A stretch of 57,498 nt of DNA from a bacterium (lineage in GTDB: Bacteria; Cyanobacteriota; Vampirovibrionia; Obscuribacterales; JAKAZS01). Location: assembly GCA_021815785.1 (NCBI GenBank), contig JAKAZS010000006.1:1-57498 (forward strand), read 5' to 3'. The notes beneath the pieces were generated by a model. The model saw only the letters and a program-made list of their open reading frames with translations, did no database searches and was not told where the DNA came from. The position numbers and the translations under genes are program-made. This document shows, piece after piece, positions 9,474 to 19,841 of this stretch; position 1 is the first letter of the stretch, and each line of letters opens with the position of its first letter.

Positions 9474-10943
9474 TTAACTTTTAGTTTGTAAGTTTAAGGC
9501 TAAGGCATTCTTAATACGAGTTTGTACTTGTTGGGTCTTTAAAATTGTAAAAATTCTTGACAAATCAGGACCATGAAGTCTAGCTGTAAGTGCGATGCGA
9601 ATTGGCATATATAACTCTTTGCCTTTTTTGAAGCCATTAGTTACGCCAATGCTGTCGATTAAAGCTTTGGTCTCTTTAGCATCAAGATTTTTAAAACTGG
9701 CCATATTGTTTAAGATTAAATTGAGTATTTTTGACGCTGAATCCTGGTTAAGTATTTCCATAAATTCAAGCTTTTCATAATCAAGTGGTTTGGGTTCAAA
9801 AAAGCTTAAAGCTTGAGTTATTTCACTTAAATTATTTAAACCATCTTTAACCAGGGTGAGCATTTCATGAATTTCATTTGAATCATAACTATTTAAATCA
9901 AGTAAATCTAAATAAGGCATAGCTTTTACTTTAAAGGTTTCATTATCTAATTGTCTTAAATAATGATTATTAAACCAGTTTAATTTGGTTAAATCAAAAA
10001 TGGCTGGGCTTTTACTGACTTTATTTAAGTCAAAATCATTAATAGCTTCGGTTTGTGAAAAAATTTCTTGGCCATTACTTGGCGTCCAACTCATTTGTGC
10101 TAGGTAATTAAACAACGCTTCAGGCAAATAGCCAGTTGATGCATATTTACTGATATGCACAAATTCACCATGTTTACGTTTAGACAATTTTTGTTTTTCG
10201 GCATCAAAGATTAATGCTGAATGAGCAAATTCCGGGTAAGTTTTACCAAGGGCTTCATAAATTAAGATTTGTTTGGCGGTGTTATGAATATGATCTTCGC
10301 CACGAATAACGTGGGTAATGGCCATGTCAATATCATCAACAACTACGGCAAAATTGTAGACGGCCATACCGCTAGATTTAATTAATATAGGGTCGCCACC
10401 TAGGTCGAGCGAATTTATCGCTATTGTTCCTTTGATTAAATCATCCCAAGTTATAACTCTAGGTTCATCAACAATTAAGCGAATACAGGGAATACGTCCA
10501 GCTGCTTCATAGGCTTTGGCTTCTTTTTCGGAAACACAACGGCCTCGGTTATCGTAACGACTAGCTTTACCGGATTTGAGTTGTTCTTCCTTGAGTATGG
10601 TTAATTCTTCCGGTGTGGCATAGCAGAAGTAAGCCTTTTTCTGAGCCACTAATTCATTGGCTAATCTTCGATAATGTTCTTCTTTTTGGGTCTGGCAGTA
10701 GGGTCCATAAGACCCACCTATATCTGGACCTTCATCCCAGCTAAGATTTAACCATTTGAGATGGTTAATGATGTCATGGGTATAAGCTTCTTGAGATCGT
10801 TCTTCATCGGTATCTTCTAATCGTAAAACAAATTTACCGTTATTATGTTTAGCGTATAAATAATTATAAAGCGCTGTACGAGCTGTGCCTAAATGGAGAC
10901 TTCCAGTTGGGCTTGGTGCTATGCGAACTCTAACTTGGGGCAT
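9474..10943 (-). CDS. gltX: Glutamate--tRNA ligase
   Basis: APSPTGSLHLG, RLEDTD, THVIRGEDH, KLSKR. Confidence 0.98.
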   Translation of the reverse strand: MPQVRVRIAPSPTGSLHLGTARTALYNYLYAKHNNGKFVLRLEDTDEERSQEAYTHDIINHLKWLNLSWDEGPDIGGSYGPYCQTQKEEHYRRLANELVAQKKAYFCYATPEELTILKEEQLKSGKASRYDNRGRCVSEKEAKAYEAAGRIPCIRLIVDEPRVITWDDLIKGTIAINSLDLGGDPILIKSSGMAVYNFAVVVDDIDMAITHVIRGEDHIHNTAKQILIYEALGKTYPEFAHSALIFDAEKQKLSKRKHGEFVHISKYASTGYLPEALFNYLAQMSWTPSNGQEIFSQTEAINDFDLNKVSKSPAIFDLTKLNWFNNHYLRQLDNETFKVKAMPYLDLLDLNSYDSNEIHEMLTLVKDGLNNLSEITQALSFFEPKPLDYEKLEFMEILNQDSASKILNLILNNMASFKNLDAKETKALIDSIGVTNGFKKGKELYMPIRIALTARLHGPDLSRIFTILKTQQVQTRIKNALALNLQTKS

Positions 10944-11201
10944 GATTATTTAACTCAATAAATTAAAGGTTCTACTAATCTAATTTAATCAATAAATATA
11001 GTTAAGCTTAAAATTATTAATTAAAACCTAAGAGTTTTCCTTAATCTTTATTTTAAACCGGTTAAATTTAGGTAAACTAAAAATATTCAAAGAAGAACTA
11101 ACCATAATTCTCGGATTAGGTTTAGTATATAACTATTAAAACAATCAGTTATTAATAAAGTTAGAGTGGGCGGTAATTTAAATTGACTGAAATTTCTTGG
11201 C

Positions 11202-12008
11202 TTAATTAATAACCATACAGTCAACCATTGCCACTCCATTAGATAACATATTTAGCTGTTTAGCGGCGGCTTTCGATAAATCGATAACTCGACCACCCAC
11301 AAACGGACCACGATCATTAACTTCAACAACACAAGAATCACCGGTTTTGCGGTTGACTACCAGTAGTTTTGTCCCAAATGGTAGTGATGGGTGTGCTGCC
11401 GTTAGTTTCTTTCCGGAAAAGATCTCGCCATTAGAAGTTTTACGACCTTCAAATTTACCACCATACCAAGAAGCTGCTCCAGCAAAACAATTACTGATTT
11501 TGCCAAGGGTTAAACTGGCATCTTTCGAGGCTGTGGTCATGAAATTTAGTAAGGCTTGAGGTAATTGATTGGCTCCTAAGGCTAACCTTAAAGCGTTAAC
11601 AATTTGAAAACTTTGGTTAATTGATTGGTTTTTATCAGTTTCAGCTAATGCGCAAGCGTCAAATTTAAAAATGGTTTGATTGCCTATTCTAATTGATGCT
11701 GCAGAAGTATCTTTACCGGGCAGTAAACTTTCAGCATTGCCTTTTAATTCATGGATAACATTTGCAAGTCTAGTGGCCATAGCTTCAACTTTATCCTGGG
11801 CTTCAGGGTTACTATTAGTTTTAACGGTATAAACAACTTTATCGTTAACTAAAATTGAAGAAAATTCTTCACCATTATTTTCCCAGACATTGGTTACAAC
11901 TGTTGCTTCATTGGCAGGTAAAGCAGTTGTGGCCATACAAGGTAATGAATTTAAGGTGTTTAAAAGTATTAATGCGCTTAATAACTGTATTTTGATATTA
12001 TTAAACAT
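11202..12008 (-). CDS. rlpA: Septal ring lytic transglycosylase RlpA family protein
   Basis: C-terminal DPBB domain: ASWYG, LTAAHPSLPFGT, VNDRGPF, IDLSKAAA; signal peptide. Confidence 0.92.
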   Translation of the reverse strand: MFNNIKIQLLSALILLNTLNSLPCMATTALPANEATVVTNVWENNGEEFSSILVNDKVVYTVKTNSNPEAQDKVEAMATRLANVIHELKGNAESLLPGKDTSAASIRIGNQTIFKFDACALAETDKNQSINQSFQIVNALRLALGANQLPQALLNFMTTASKDASLTLGKISNCFAGAASWYGGKFEGRKTSNGEIFSGKKLTAAHPSLPFGTKLLVVNRKTGDSCVVEVNDRGPFVGGRVIDLSKAAAKQLNMLSNGVAMVDCMVIN

Positions 12009-12678
12009 TATAATTGGCCTCTTTTCTATTACTTATCGGATTTTTATTAACTAACTGGTTAATTGATTAACTCGTTTGGTGCTTGGGATAAGCATCTGGT
12101 TAAGTTAGCAAAGAAAAAATATATTGTCAAATTTTAAATCCATTCTGAAAAGTCTTGCAGATTAAGCAATTTGCGATTTTTAGCATAATTTTATATTTTT
12201 CTGGACAACGGGGTAATCAATCAATAAAAAATAACCTTACGCTAAAATTACAAGTATATACAGGGTTTTGCCAATTGGTTTTAAAGAGGTGCGTGCTTGA
12301 CAAGCGTTGTCAGTAGGAGTTGGGTTAAAATCTGTAAAGTTTAAATTAAAAAAAATTCAGATTAGTCTAAATTGAATACAATAATCAGCTCAATTGCTAA
12401 TTGATAAAGGTTTGTGGCTGTTGAAAACTTTGCTTAAGTATTAAGGAGTTTGTAATTTATGTTTACAATGACTAGTCAGATAAATGATTTTTTTATTGAT
12501 TTATAGTTGGTGGATTTGATTTGTGAAAATTTAAAGTAATGTTTAAAGCAATTTTATGATAATGAATAATTTTAGAAGTTGTCAATGTATAGGTGAAGTT
12601 GGTATATTGAAAAGTTAACCGTAATAAGATTTACCATATATAATTGATGGGTTAATAGTTAATTAGGTTAATTTTGTA

Positions 12679-13368
12679 ATGCATAAAATTATTTCTGGTT
12701 TAGTAGAATTTAAAAGTAGTCATCAAGAATCATTTATTCAGGATTTTCCCGACTTAGTTAGTGGCCAAAATCCAATGGCTTTACTAATTGTTTGTTGTGA
12801 CAGCAGAATTATGCCGACAATTTCGACGCGAATAGGTCCAGGGGATTTATTTGTTTTAAGAAATATTGGCAATTTGATACCACCATATGATTTTATTAAT
12901 CAGGGTAATGCTTTTAAGCATAGTTCAGTTGTAGCGGCTTTAGAATTTGCTTTATTATATTTAAATGTTCCTAATATAATTATTTGTGGACATTCTGAAT
13001 GTGGAGCCATGAAATATTTGCTCGATAATAAAGAAGTACCTGATACCCCATTTCTTCATAATTGGATAAGTGAAGCCAAAGGCGTTTACAATGAATTTAT
13101 CGAATCGGGAACGGATAAAAATAATATTAATGCCCATAATGTATTATCGAGGTTAAATGTTATCCATCAGTTAGATAATCTTCAGTCTTTTCCGATAGTA
13201 AAAGAACGCTTAAATAAAGGTACTTTACAAATTAATGGTTGGTGGTTGGATATTTCAAATTATAATGTATTTCACTATATGAAAGATACTGGTGAATTTT
13301 TAGAAATCAATGAGACGTCAGCGCCTGAAATTATTAAACGGTTATATTCATTCGATTCAGTTATTTAA
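12679..13368 (+). CDS. Beta-class carbonic anhydrase
   Basis: CCDSR (CxDxR), PGDLFVLRNIGN, GHSECG (HxxC) zinc ligands. Confidence 0.95.
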   Translation: MHKIISGLVEFKSSHQESFIQDFPDLVSGQNPMALLIVCCDSRIMPTISTRIGPGDLFVLRNIGNLIPPYDFINQGNAFKHSSVVAALEFALLYLNVPNIIICGHSECGAMKYLLDNKEVPDTPFLHNWISEAKGVYNEFIESGTDKNNINAHNVLSRLNVIHQLDNLQSFPIVKERLNKGTLQINGWWLDISNYNVFHYMKDTGEFLEINETSAPEIIKRLYSFDSVI

Positions 13369-13397
13369 ATGATTTGATTTTATTAAAACAAATCATT
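13368..13397. terminator. Hairpin directly after carbonic anhydrase stop
   Basis: aatgatttg-a-tttta-t-taaaa-caaatcatt followed by attt; AT-rich, weak. Confidence 0.45.
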
Positions 13398-13596
13398 ATT
13401 TGAGTTGTTAACTTGAATTGGCAGTAAATATTGTGTAAATTTGACTTTAGTATTACAAGATGGTGGATCGATCACGCGTTATCAATCATAATTGGTTGTA
13501 AGTATTGTGTAGAGCAAGTTTGGGCGAATTGGCAATGAATTGAGCTGTTTTATTATTTTAGGGCAGATAAGAGCTATAGGTAAAGATTTAGATTAT

Positions 13597-14508
13597 TTAT
13601 TGGTTATTGGTTTCATAAGCTCTAGCATTTTTACTTACTTTTGATATTGGTTTATGGTCTAAACTTACTTCATTTTCCTGAGCTAAAGGTGGAACATTGT
13701 TTTTAGTTTCATTCTTAACAACTGGTGCTGGCTTATTCGATAATTTTTTTATATAGGTATCTAAATCAGGGTCATGAGATATAATCCAAAGCCTGGTAAA
13801 TTCTTTATATGATGTTTCACCAATTAAACTGGTTAATTCATTTTTAAAATTTTCTGTAAAACCATTTTTTTCAGCATTGGTTAGGAGATCTTTAACTTGT
13901 TTAGTTATAAAATCTTGTCTTTTAGTGATTTTTTTATTGTAATAGGCTCGATAGGCTATGTATAAACCAAACGTACCTAACGTCAAACCTCCAGATATTA
14001 TTGCTAAGGTAGAGGGTATTGAACTATCCACAGGCTGGTTTAAGGTGTTAATGCCGACAATCGCTGATGACATACTGACACCACTAATGCCTAATATGCC
14101 ACCAAGCATGGCGGTGCTACCATAACCAGCCTTTTTGTAATATTTGGCCAGTAATTCATCATTTTGGAGGGCTTTAGATAAAACTAAATTGCCAACCAGG
14201 CTATCTACTTCATTACTTTTGTTTTTAAGATTGGTCTCACCAGGTTTTTTACCAATGGTACACATGCCAATCATTGATGGATCAGCTGCTGTGCAACCAC
14301 AAATAGGGCAAGCAATCACATCTTCTTTGGTATAGCAGTCACAAGAATTGGTGTCAATTTTAGTGATACTACTATCCTTAACTATATCTTGTTTAATAAT
14401 TGAATTAGTATTAGAGCTGGTTAAAGCTAAAATTGGCAATTGGCTGAAACCTAAGTTAATTAGCATGACCGTACATAGGTATATTGATTTGAATATTGTT
14501 TTAGGCAT
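13597..14508 (-). CDS. Hypothetical exported/membrane protein with Cys cluster
   Basis: Signal-like N-terminus, CDC...CPICGC...C, two Gly-rich hydrophobic segments. Confidence 0.8.
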   Translation of the reverse strand: MPKTIFKSIYLCTVMLINLGFSQLPILALTSSNTNSIIKQDIVKDSSITKIDTNSCDCYTKEDVIACPICGCTAADPSMIGMCTIGKKPGETNLKNKSNEVDSLVGNLVLSKALQNDELLAKYYKKAGYGSTAMLGGILGISGVSMSSAIVGINTLNQPVDSSIPSTLAIISGGLTLGTFGLYIAYRAYYNKKITKRQDFITKQVKDLLTNAEKNGFTENFKNELTSLIGETSYKEFTRLWIISHDPDLDTYIKKLSNKPAPVVKNETKNNVPPLAQENEVSLDHKPISKVSKNARAYETNNQ

Positions 14509-14790
14509 TTAAATTGATTTCCTGTAAAGCTAACTAGTATTTTAGTACTTAGTTAGAGATTAAGAAATTCACTTTAACTAATATTAAGATAAGACATCAT
14601 TAATTAAAATGTCATACATTATTAGATAGCTAGCCTATTTATACTAAAAGTGTATTAAATTCCATTAATATATTAGATAGTATAATGATTCTATATTAAT
14701 AATTCATTTGCGTTTACTTGAAAGACGCCTAAGACAACTATTAAATTGAAAATACTAATAGCATCATTCAAGAATGACACTAACAATAAA

Positions 14791-15069
14791 TTATTTTTTT
14801 TTGCCCTTAGGTTTTTCACTAGCTAAAATTACACTTAGGCTTGGATACTTAACTTGCAAAAGGTTAAAACTAATTTGGCCAATTAAGGAAATAAAGTTTA
14901 TTAAGGTTTGGAATATAAAAAGGGTAATTTTACTAATAAAATCTAAGCCTGCTTTTAACGTCATAGATGGATTGCCACCACACATTACAGTCATAATTCC
15001 CAATATTAACGTAATTAAAATTATTGGGCTAATAATATTTTGTAAGAAAAAGGCCGTTAATAAATTCAT
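14791..15069 (-). CDS. Small hypothetical membrane protein
   Basis: 92 aa, two hydrophobic segments, basic tail; GAGG upstream; co-oriented with neighbours. Confidence 0.6.
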   Translation of the reverse strand: MNLLTAFFLQNIISPIILITLILGIMTVMCGGNPSMTLKAGLDFISKITLFIFQTLINFISLIGQISFNLLQVKYPSLSVILASEKPKGKKK

Positions 15070-15232
15070 TTTTAGGTTAACCTCATTAATAAATTTTTAT
15101 AAATTTTAAAGATGATTTTTTTAGGGAAAGCAAATATTTGGTTATATAGACAAGAGAATTATTCGTTTTGTTCCAGAATACTAATAAAACAATTTTATAT
15201 TTTGCCAAATTTTAATAAACTGTTTTTGGTAA

Positions 15233-15988
15233 TTAAGTTAAACTAGGTAAATTGCTAGCTTTACCTAAAATAAAATGAAGTCCAATTATGATATTAAAGC
15301 TAAAGGTTAAAATACCTAAAACAATATAAATATAATTTAGCTTTTTAGAGTTTATAAAAGCGGTTTTACTAATAATGGCAATTAATGTATTGGATATTAA
15401 AAGACCAGTTACAAAAGCAAAAAGCATAATTATGGCTAAATTATTTTCTTTAATTCCACCTATACTAGTTATAATTAAAATCTGTGAACCAGTTTCAGCC
15501 CCTAAACCGTGTAATATGCCAATAAAAAAACTGGCCTGCAATCCATATTTGATAATATTTGCCGGTTTTTTAGCTTTTATGTTGAATAGTTTAAAATAAA
15601 GCCAATTGTGAATTTTTTCCCAATACTTTAAGATAATCATCCATCGACTTTGTAGTTTAAAAGTTCCTTTATGCTTAAAATTTTGAATCATTGATAATAA
15701 GACAATAAGTCCTAAAGCAATCAAGGTAAAACCAACCACCCGCTCCATAATTGGATCAATCCATTGCGGTAAAATAAGGGTGAAATACAAAGCACCTAGA
15801 CCAAGACTAGCTACAATAAAAGCATGTCCTAGAGCATACATTGAAGCAAAAAGTAAAGGTTTAAAATTTGCTGAATTATTATTGGTTGTGCTCGTAATGT
15901 CTGTTATGGCTGCAATATGGTCTAGGTCTAGACCATGACGAAAGCCTAAGATAAGAGCATTTGATAAAAGTAAAATTGGATAATTCAT
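15233..15988 (-). CDS. HoxN/HupN/NixA (NiCoT-type) nickel/cobalt transporter, likely cobalt
   Basis: LGFRHGLDLDHIAAI signature, GHAFIV, HGLGAE; starts 6 bp downstream of cobQ. Confidence 0.85.
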   Translation of the reverse strand: MNYPILLLSNALILGFRHGLDLDHIAAITDITSTTNNNSANFKPLLFASMYALGHAFIVASLGLGALYFTLILPQWIDPIMERVVGFTLIALGLIVLLSMIQNFKHKGTFKLQSRWMIILKYWEKIHNWLYFKLFNIKAKKPANIIKYGLQASFFIGILHGLGAETGSQILIITSIGGIKENNLAIIMLFAFVTGLLISNTLIAIISKTAFINSKKLNYIYIVLGILTFSFNIIIGLHFILGKASNLPSLT

Positions 15989-15994
15989 ATTTTT

Positions 15995-17506
15995 TTAAAC
16001 AGTTATTTTTTTATTTGGATTAAATGGAAATGACGGTTTGTTTAAATTAAGAATGTTCATTACTTCCACCATGTTTAAAGTGTTTGCTACATTGGTGGCA
16101 ATTTTGTTGATTTCATTTTGAGTATTTGAATTATAATCAAAATGTGATAAGTCCTTTAATCCTGCCCATTGCAGAATTGCTTGACGACTAGAGTTCTCAT
16201 CAAAAAGCCCATGTAAATAGGTAGCTAAAATTAGATTGTCATTGGATATAGCTCCATCATTTTGGTCTTTGGAGATTATGGCTGGATTAACTAACGCATT
16301 GCCGGTAGAAACTCCCATGTGAATTTCATAACCACGCACATAGGCTTGATTCCAAGTGAGGTAGCCTTCTACTAGCTTTAATTGTTTGTTTTTAGTTATG
16401 GTTGTTTCTAAATCTAATAAGCCAAGACCTCGAGAACTTCCGGTATCCCCCTCGATACCTAAGGGATCATGAATGGCTTTACCTAATATTTGCAAGCCAC
16501 CACAAATACCAATAAGCTTTCCGCCATAACGCAAATGACGAAATATTTCTGTATCCCAAGAATTTTGAATAACGAATTTTAGAGATTCGCGAACATTTTT
16601 ACTACCTGGTATAATTATCAAATCGCTTTTGGGGAAAACTTCAGCTGATTTAGCATAAGATACTTCAAGGTTAGGATCAAGAAATAACGGTTCAAAATCA
16701 GTTTCATTACTAATATATGGTGTTTTTAAAATAGTAACTTTAAATTTATTAAGTTCACCGGTTAAATTATTAGGCAATTCATGTGATAAGCTATCTTCAG
16801 CTTGTAATTGTAAATTGTTAATATATGGTATTATACCTATTAAAGGAATATTGGTTTGTTGATATAGGTAATCTATTCCGGTATTTAATAATTGTTTATC
16901 ACCACGGAATTTATTAATAATAAATCCCTTCACTAATTCTTTCTCGTTTTCAGTTAATAAAGCCCACGTACCATATAAGTGAGCAAAAACACCACCACGT
17001 TCAATATCAGATACTATTATTACAGGGCAGTTAACTTGTTTAGCAAAGCCCATATTAGCTAAATCATTTTGGGCTAGATTAATTTCAGCTGGACTACCAG
17101 CTCCTTCAACGATAATTACGTCATATTTTTTTGCTAAATTGTAAAATGATTCTAAAACATAAGGGAATAATTTGGCTTTTAAATTATGGTAAGAGCTAGC
17201 ATCAATCATTGATTCATACACTTTGCCTTGAACAATTACTTGCGATCCAGTATCACTTGATGGCTTTAAAAGCACTGGATTCATATCACTGTGTGGCTCT
17301 AAACCACAGGCCATTGCTTGTAAGGCCTGTGCCCTGCCTATTTCTTTGCCATCAGACGTGACTGCACTATTTAATGACATATTTTGAGGCTTAAAAGGTG
17401 CTACGTTAAGACCAAAATTAACTAAAGTTTTGCATAAACCTGTAACAATAGCACTTTTACCGGCGTTAGATGTAGTGCCTTGAATCATTAAAACTTTAGC
17501 TTTCAT
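15995..17506 (-). CDS. cobQ: Cobyric acid synthase (CobQ/CbiP)
   Basis: QGTTSNAGKS, PFKPQNMS, EGAGSPAEIN, GICGG, YLHGLF. Confidence 0.97.
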   Translation of the reverse strand: MKAKVLMIQGTTSNAGKSAIVTGLCKTLVNFGLNVAPFKPQNMSLNSAVTSDGKEIGRAQALQAMACGLEPHSDMNPVLLKPSSDTGSQVIVQGKVYESMIDASSYHNLKAKLFPYVLESFYNLAKKYDVIIVEGAGSPAEINLAQNDLANMGFAKQVNCPVIIVSDIERGGVFAHLYGTWALLTENEKELVKGFIINKFRGDKQLLNTGIDYLYQQTNIPLIGIIPYINNLQLQAEDSLSHELPNNLTGELNKFKVTILKTPYISNETDFEPLFLDPNLEVSYAKSAEVFPKSDLIIIPGSKNVRESLKFVIQNSWDTEIFRHLRYGGKLIGICGGLQILGKAIHDPLGIEGDTGSSRGLGLLDLETTITKNKQLKLVEGYLTWNQAYVRGYEIHMGVSTGNALVNPAIISKDQNDGAISNDNLILATYLHGLFDENSSRQAILQWAGLKDLSHFDYNSNTQNEINKIATNVANTLNMVEVMNILNLNKPSFPFNPNKKITV

Positions 17507-17805
17507 AAATGTTAAGTCTGTTTGTTAAATACATTTTAATACTATAACATTATAAATTTTGTCCAATCAAAATGTTACATATTGACTTCTGTATAAAGGA
17601 TATGAAAAGTTTATTAATCAATAGTAACTAGCATTAAAAGTATCCTGGTATTTAATCGGTTTTAAGAAACTTAATATTACTTAAAAACCAAATTTTTATT
17701 TGCTTAACTTTGCTAAATTTAATTTGCCAAAAACATGCTTTATATGGTTAATATGAATACATATGTAATTTAAATTTTTTTTTGAGTAGATGCATTGAGT
17801 TTAAG

Positions 17806-18717
17806 ATGAAAATTGTTTTAATATGTGTTTTGGCTTTTATCTTGGATTGGATATTAGGCGAATGGCAATACTTTCATCCTCTAGTAGGTTTTGGAACCAT
17901 TGCTAATAATCTTGAAAAAGTCATTAATCAAGGTAAATTTTTAAAAATTAAAGGTTTAATAGCGGTGTTGATTTTAGTTTTACCTCTACCATTATTTATA
18001 AGTTTTAAATTACCTGATAATTTATTTGGCCAATGTATAAGTGTTTTATGTCTTTATTTGGCTGTAGGAGCTAAAAGTTTAAAAGAGCATAGTTTAACTG
18101 TGGCTACGGCTCTTGAGCAAAAAAACTTAAATTCAGCGCGTCAAAACTTAAGTTTAATTGTTAGTCGTGATACTACAAATTTAAATGAGCATTCAATAGT
18201 TAAAGCAACTATTGAATCTGTTTTAGAAAATGGCAATGATGCGATTTTTGCACCATTATTTTGGTTCGTTCTGGCTGGACCAGCTGGCGCTATATTATTT
18301 CGCATAGTTAATACGCTTGATGCAATGTGGGGATATAAAAATATAAAATTTTTTGATTTTGGCTGGGCGGCAGCCAAAGCTGACGATCTGATGAACCTGA
18401 TTCCAGCGCGCTTAACCGCTTTTAGTTATTGTGTTTTAGGTGATTTTAAACAGGGAATTATATGTTGGCTCACTCAAGGTAATAAATGGTATTCACCTAA
18501 CGCCGGACCAGTTATGGCTAGTGGTGCGGGAGCCTTAAATTTAGCCTTAGGCGGTAATGCTGTTTATGATGGCGTCGTAAAAGTTAGACCTAAGCTTGGT
18601 GCTGGTCGAGAGCCAATTCTTAATGATATTTATTTGGCTATCAGTTTAATTGATAAAACAATTTATTTATGGCTATTGGTAATTTTAATATTTAATCTAC
18701 TGGTGAATTTATGTTAA
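17806..18717 (+). CDS. cbiB: Adenosylcobinamide-phosphate synthase CbiB
   Basis: HPLVGFG, IVSRDT, ESVLENGND, NTLDAMWGY, SPNAG; ATG 17806 preferred over TTG 17782. Confidence 0.96.
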   Translation: MKIVLICVLAFILDWILGEWQYFHPLVGFGTIANNLEKVINQGKFLKIKGLIAVLILVLPLPLFISFKLPDNLFGQCISVLCLYLAVGAKSLKEHSLTVATALEQKNLNSARQNLSLIVSRDTTNLNEHSIVKATIESVLENGNDAIFAPLFWFVLAGPAGAILFRIVNTLDAMWGYKNIKFFDFGWAAAKADDLMNLIPARLTAFSYCVLGDFKQGIICWLTQGNKWYSPNAGPVMASGAGALNLALGGNAVYDGVVKVRPKLGAGREPILNDIYLAISLIDKTIYLWLLVILIFNLLVNLC

Positions 18718-19697
18718 ATCATGGCGGCGCTATCAGCAAAGTTGCCTTAAATTACAATATTCCTGTTAGTGAGTGGCTAGATTTATCTACGGGAATCAAT
18801 TTAAATGGTTATGTTGTAAATGATATTCCTGCTAGAGCGTGGCTTAAATTACCAGATTGTGATAATGAACTTATTCAAGCCGCTAAATTGTATTATAATA
18901 CTGAATTTTTATTAAGTTGTAATGGTTCACAATCGGTTATTCAGTTATTACCACGTTTAAGAAATGTATCTAAGGTTGGCCTTGTTTTTCCTAGTTATAA
19001 TGAACACGAGTATGCTTGGTCTAAATATAATCATCAAATTAATCATATTGATCCGGATAATATATTACAGGCCGCTTATGATAATGATGTAGTAATAATT
19101 TGTAATCCTAATAATCCAAGTGGCCGATTTTATGAAGTTGAAGAACTTTTAGAATGCCACAGTATCTTAATGACCAAAAAAGGTTGGCTAATTGTTGATG
19201 AGGCTTTTATTGATACTGATAAAGCTTATAGTTTAACTAGTTTAGCAGATAAACAGGGCTTAATCGTCCTAAGGTCGATTGGTAAATTTTTTGGCTTAGC
19301 TGGAGCTAGAGTAGGTTTTGTTGTTGCTGAACCTACATTTTTAGAACTTATTCAAAATGAATTAGGCCCATGGTGCGTGGCTGGGCCTTCTCAATATATT
19401 GTTACTAAAGCATTACTGGATACAAGATGGCAAAGTGAAAATATTTTAGACTTACAACAACGTAGCCAGCGTTTAAGAAAAATACTTCTATTAAATAATT
19501 TAAGTATAGCCGGTAGTACCAATTATTTTCATTGGATTATTAATGATAAGGCTTATTTAATTCAAAATATGTTAGCTAAACAAGCCATTTGGATTAGACA
19601 TTTTGATAACCCGTTAAGTGTTCGCATAGGTATTCCAGCCTTAGAAAGTGATTGGGAAAAGTTACAATTGGCTTTAAAAAAAATTAATACTGTTTAA
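18711..19697 (+). CDS. cobD: Threonine-phosphate decarboxylase (CobD, Pseudomonas CobC type)
   Basis: HGG...WLDLSTGIN, NPNNPSG, VDEAF, PLP Lys in SIGKFFGLAGARVG. Confidence 0.94.
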   Translation: MLNHGGAISKVALNYNIPVSEWLDLSTGINLNGYVVNDIPARAWLKLPDCDNELIQAAKLYYNTEFLLSCNGSQSVIQLLPRLRNVSKVGLVFPSYNEHEYAWSKYNHQINHIDPDNILQAAYDNDVVIICNPNNPSGRFYEVEELLECHSILMTKKGWLIVDEAFIDTDKAYSLTSLADKQGLIVLRSIGKFFGLAGARVGFVVAEPTFLELIQNELGPWCVAGPSQYIVTKALLDTRWQSENILDLQQRSQRLRKILLLNNLSIAGSTNYFHWIINDKAYLIQNMLAKQAIWIRHFDNPLSVRIGIPALESDWEKLQLALKKINTV

Positions 19698-19841
19698 ATT
19701 ACCTTTAAGAATGGTTTGTTTCATTTCAAGAATATAATAAGTTTTATTTAATTGAGTAATAAACTGACTATTTTTAAATTATTATTTAGGATAGTTTAAA
19801 TTCACGTTCTGAAGCTTTTGAAATCGAACCAAATCACAGTT

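Noticed and set aside
12200-12330. Possible c-di-AMP or other known riboswitch between rlpA and the carbonic anhydrase
   Set aside because: Only fragments (GGGGTAATC) resemble the consensus; the required conserved segments and stems were not found.
12443-12506. AAGGAG followed by a 15-codon ORF (MFTMTSQINDFFIDL) overlapping a TTGTAA-N7-TTACAA palindrome upstream of the carbonic anhydrase
   Set aside because: Too short to distinguish from chance; palindrome spacing does not fit the NtcA or Rex consensus.
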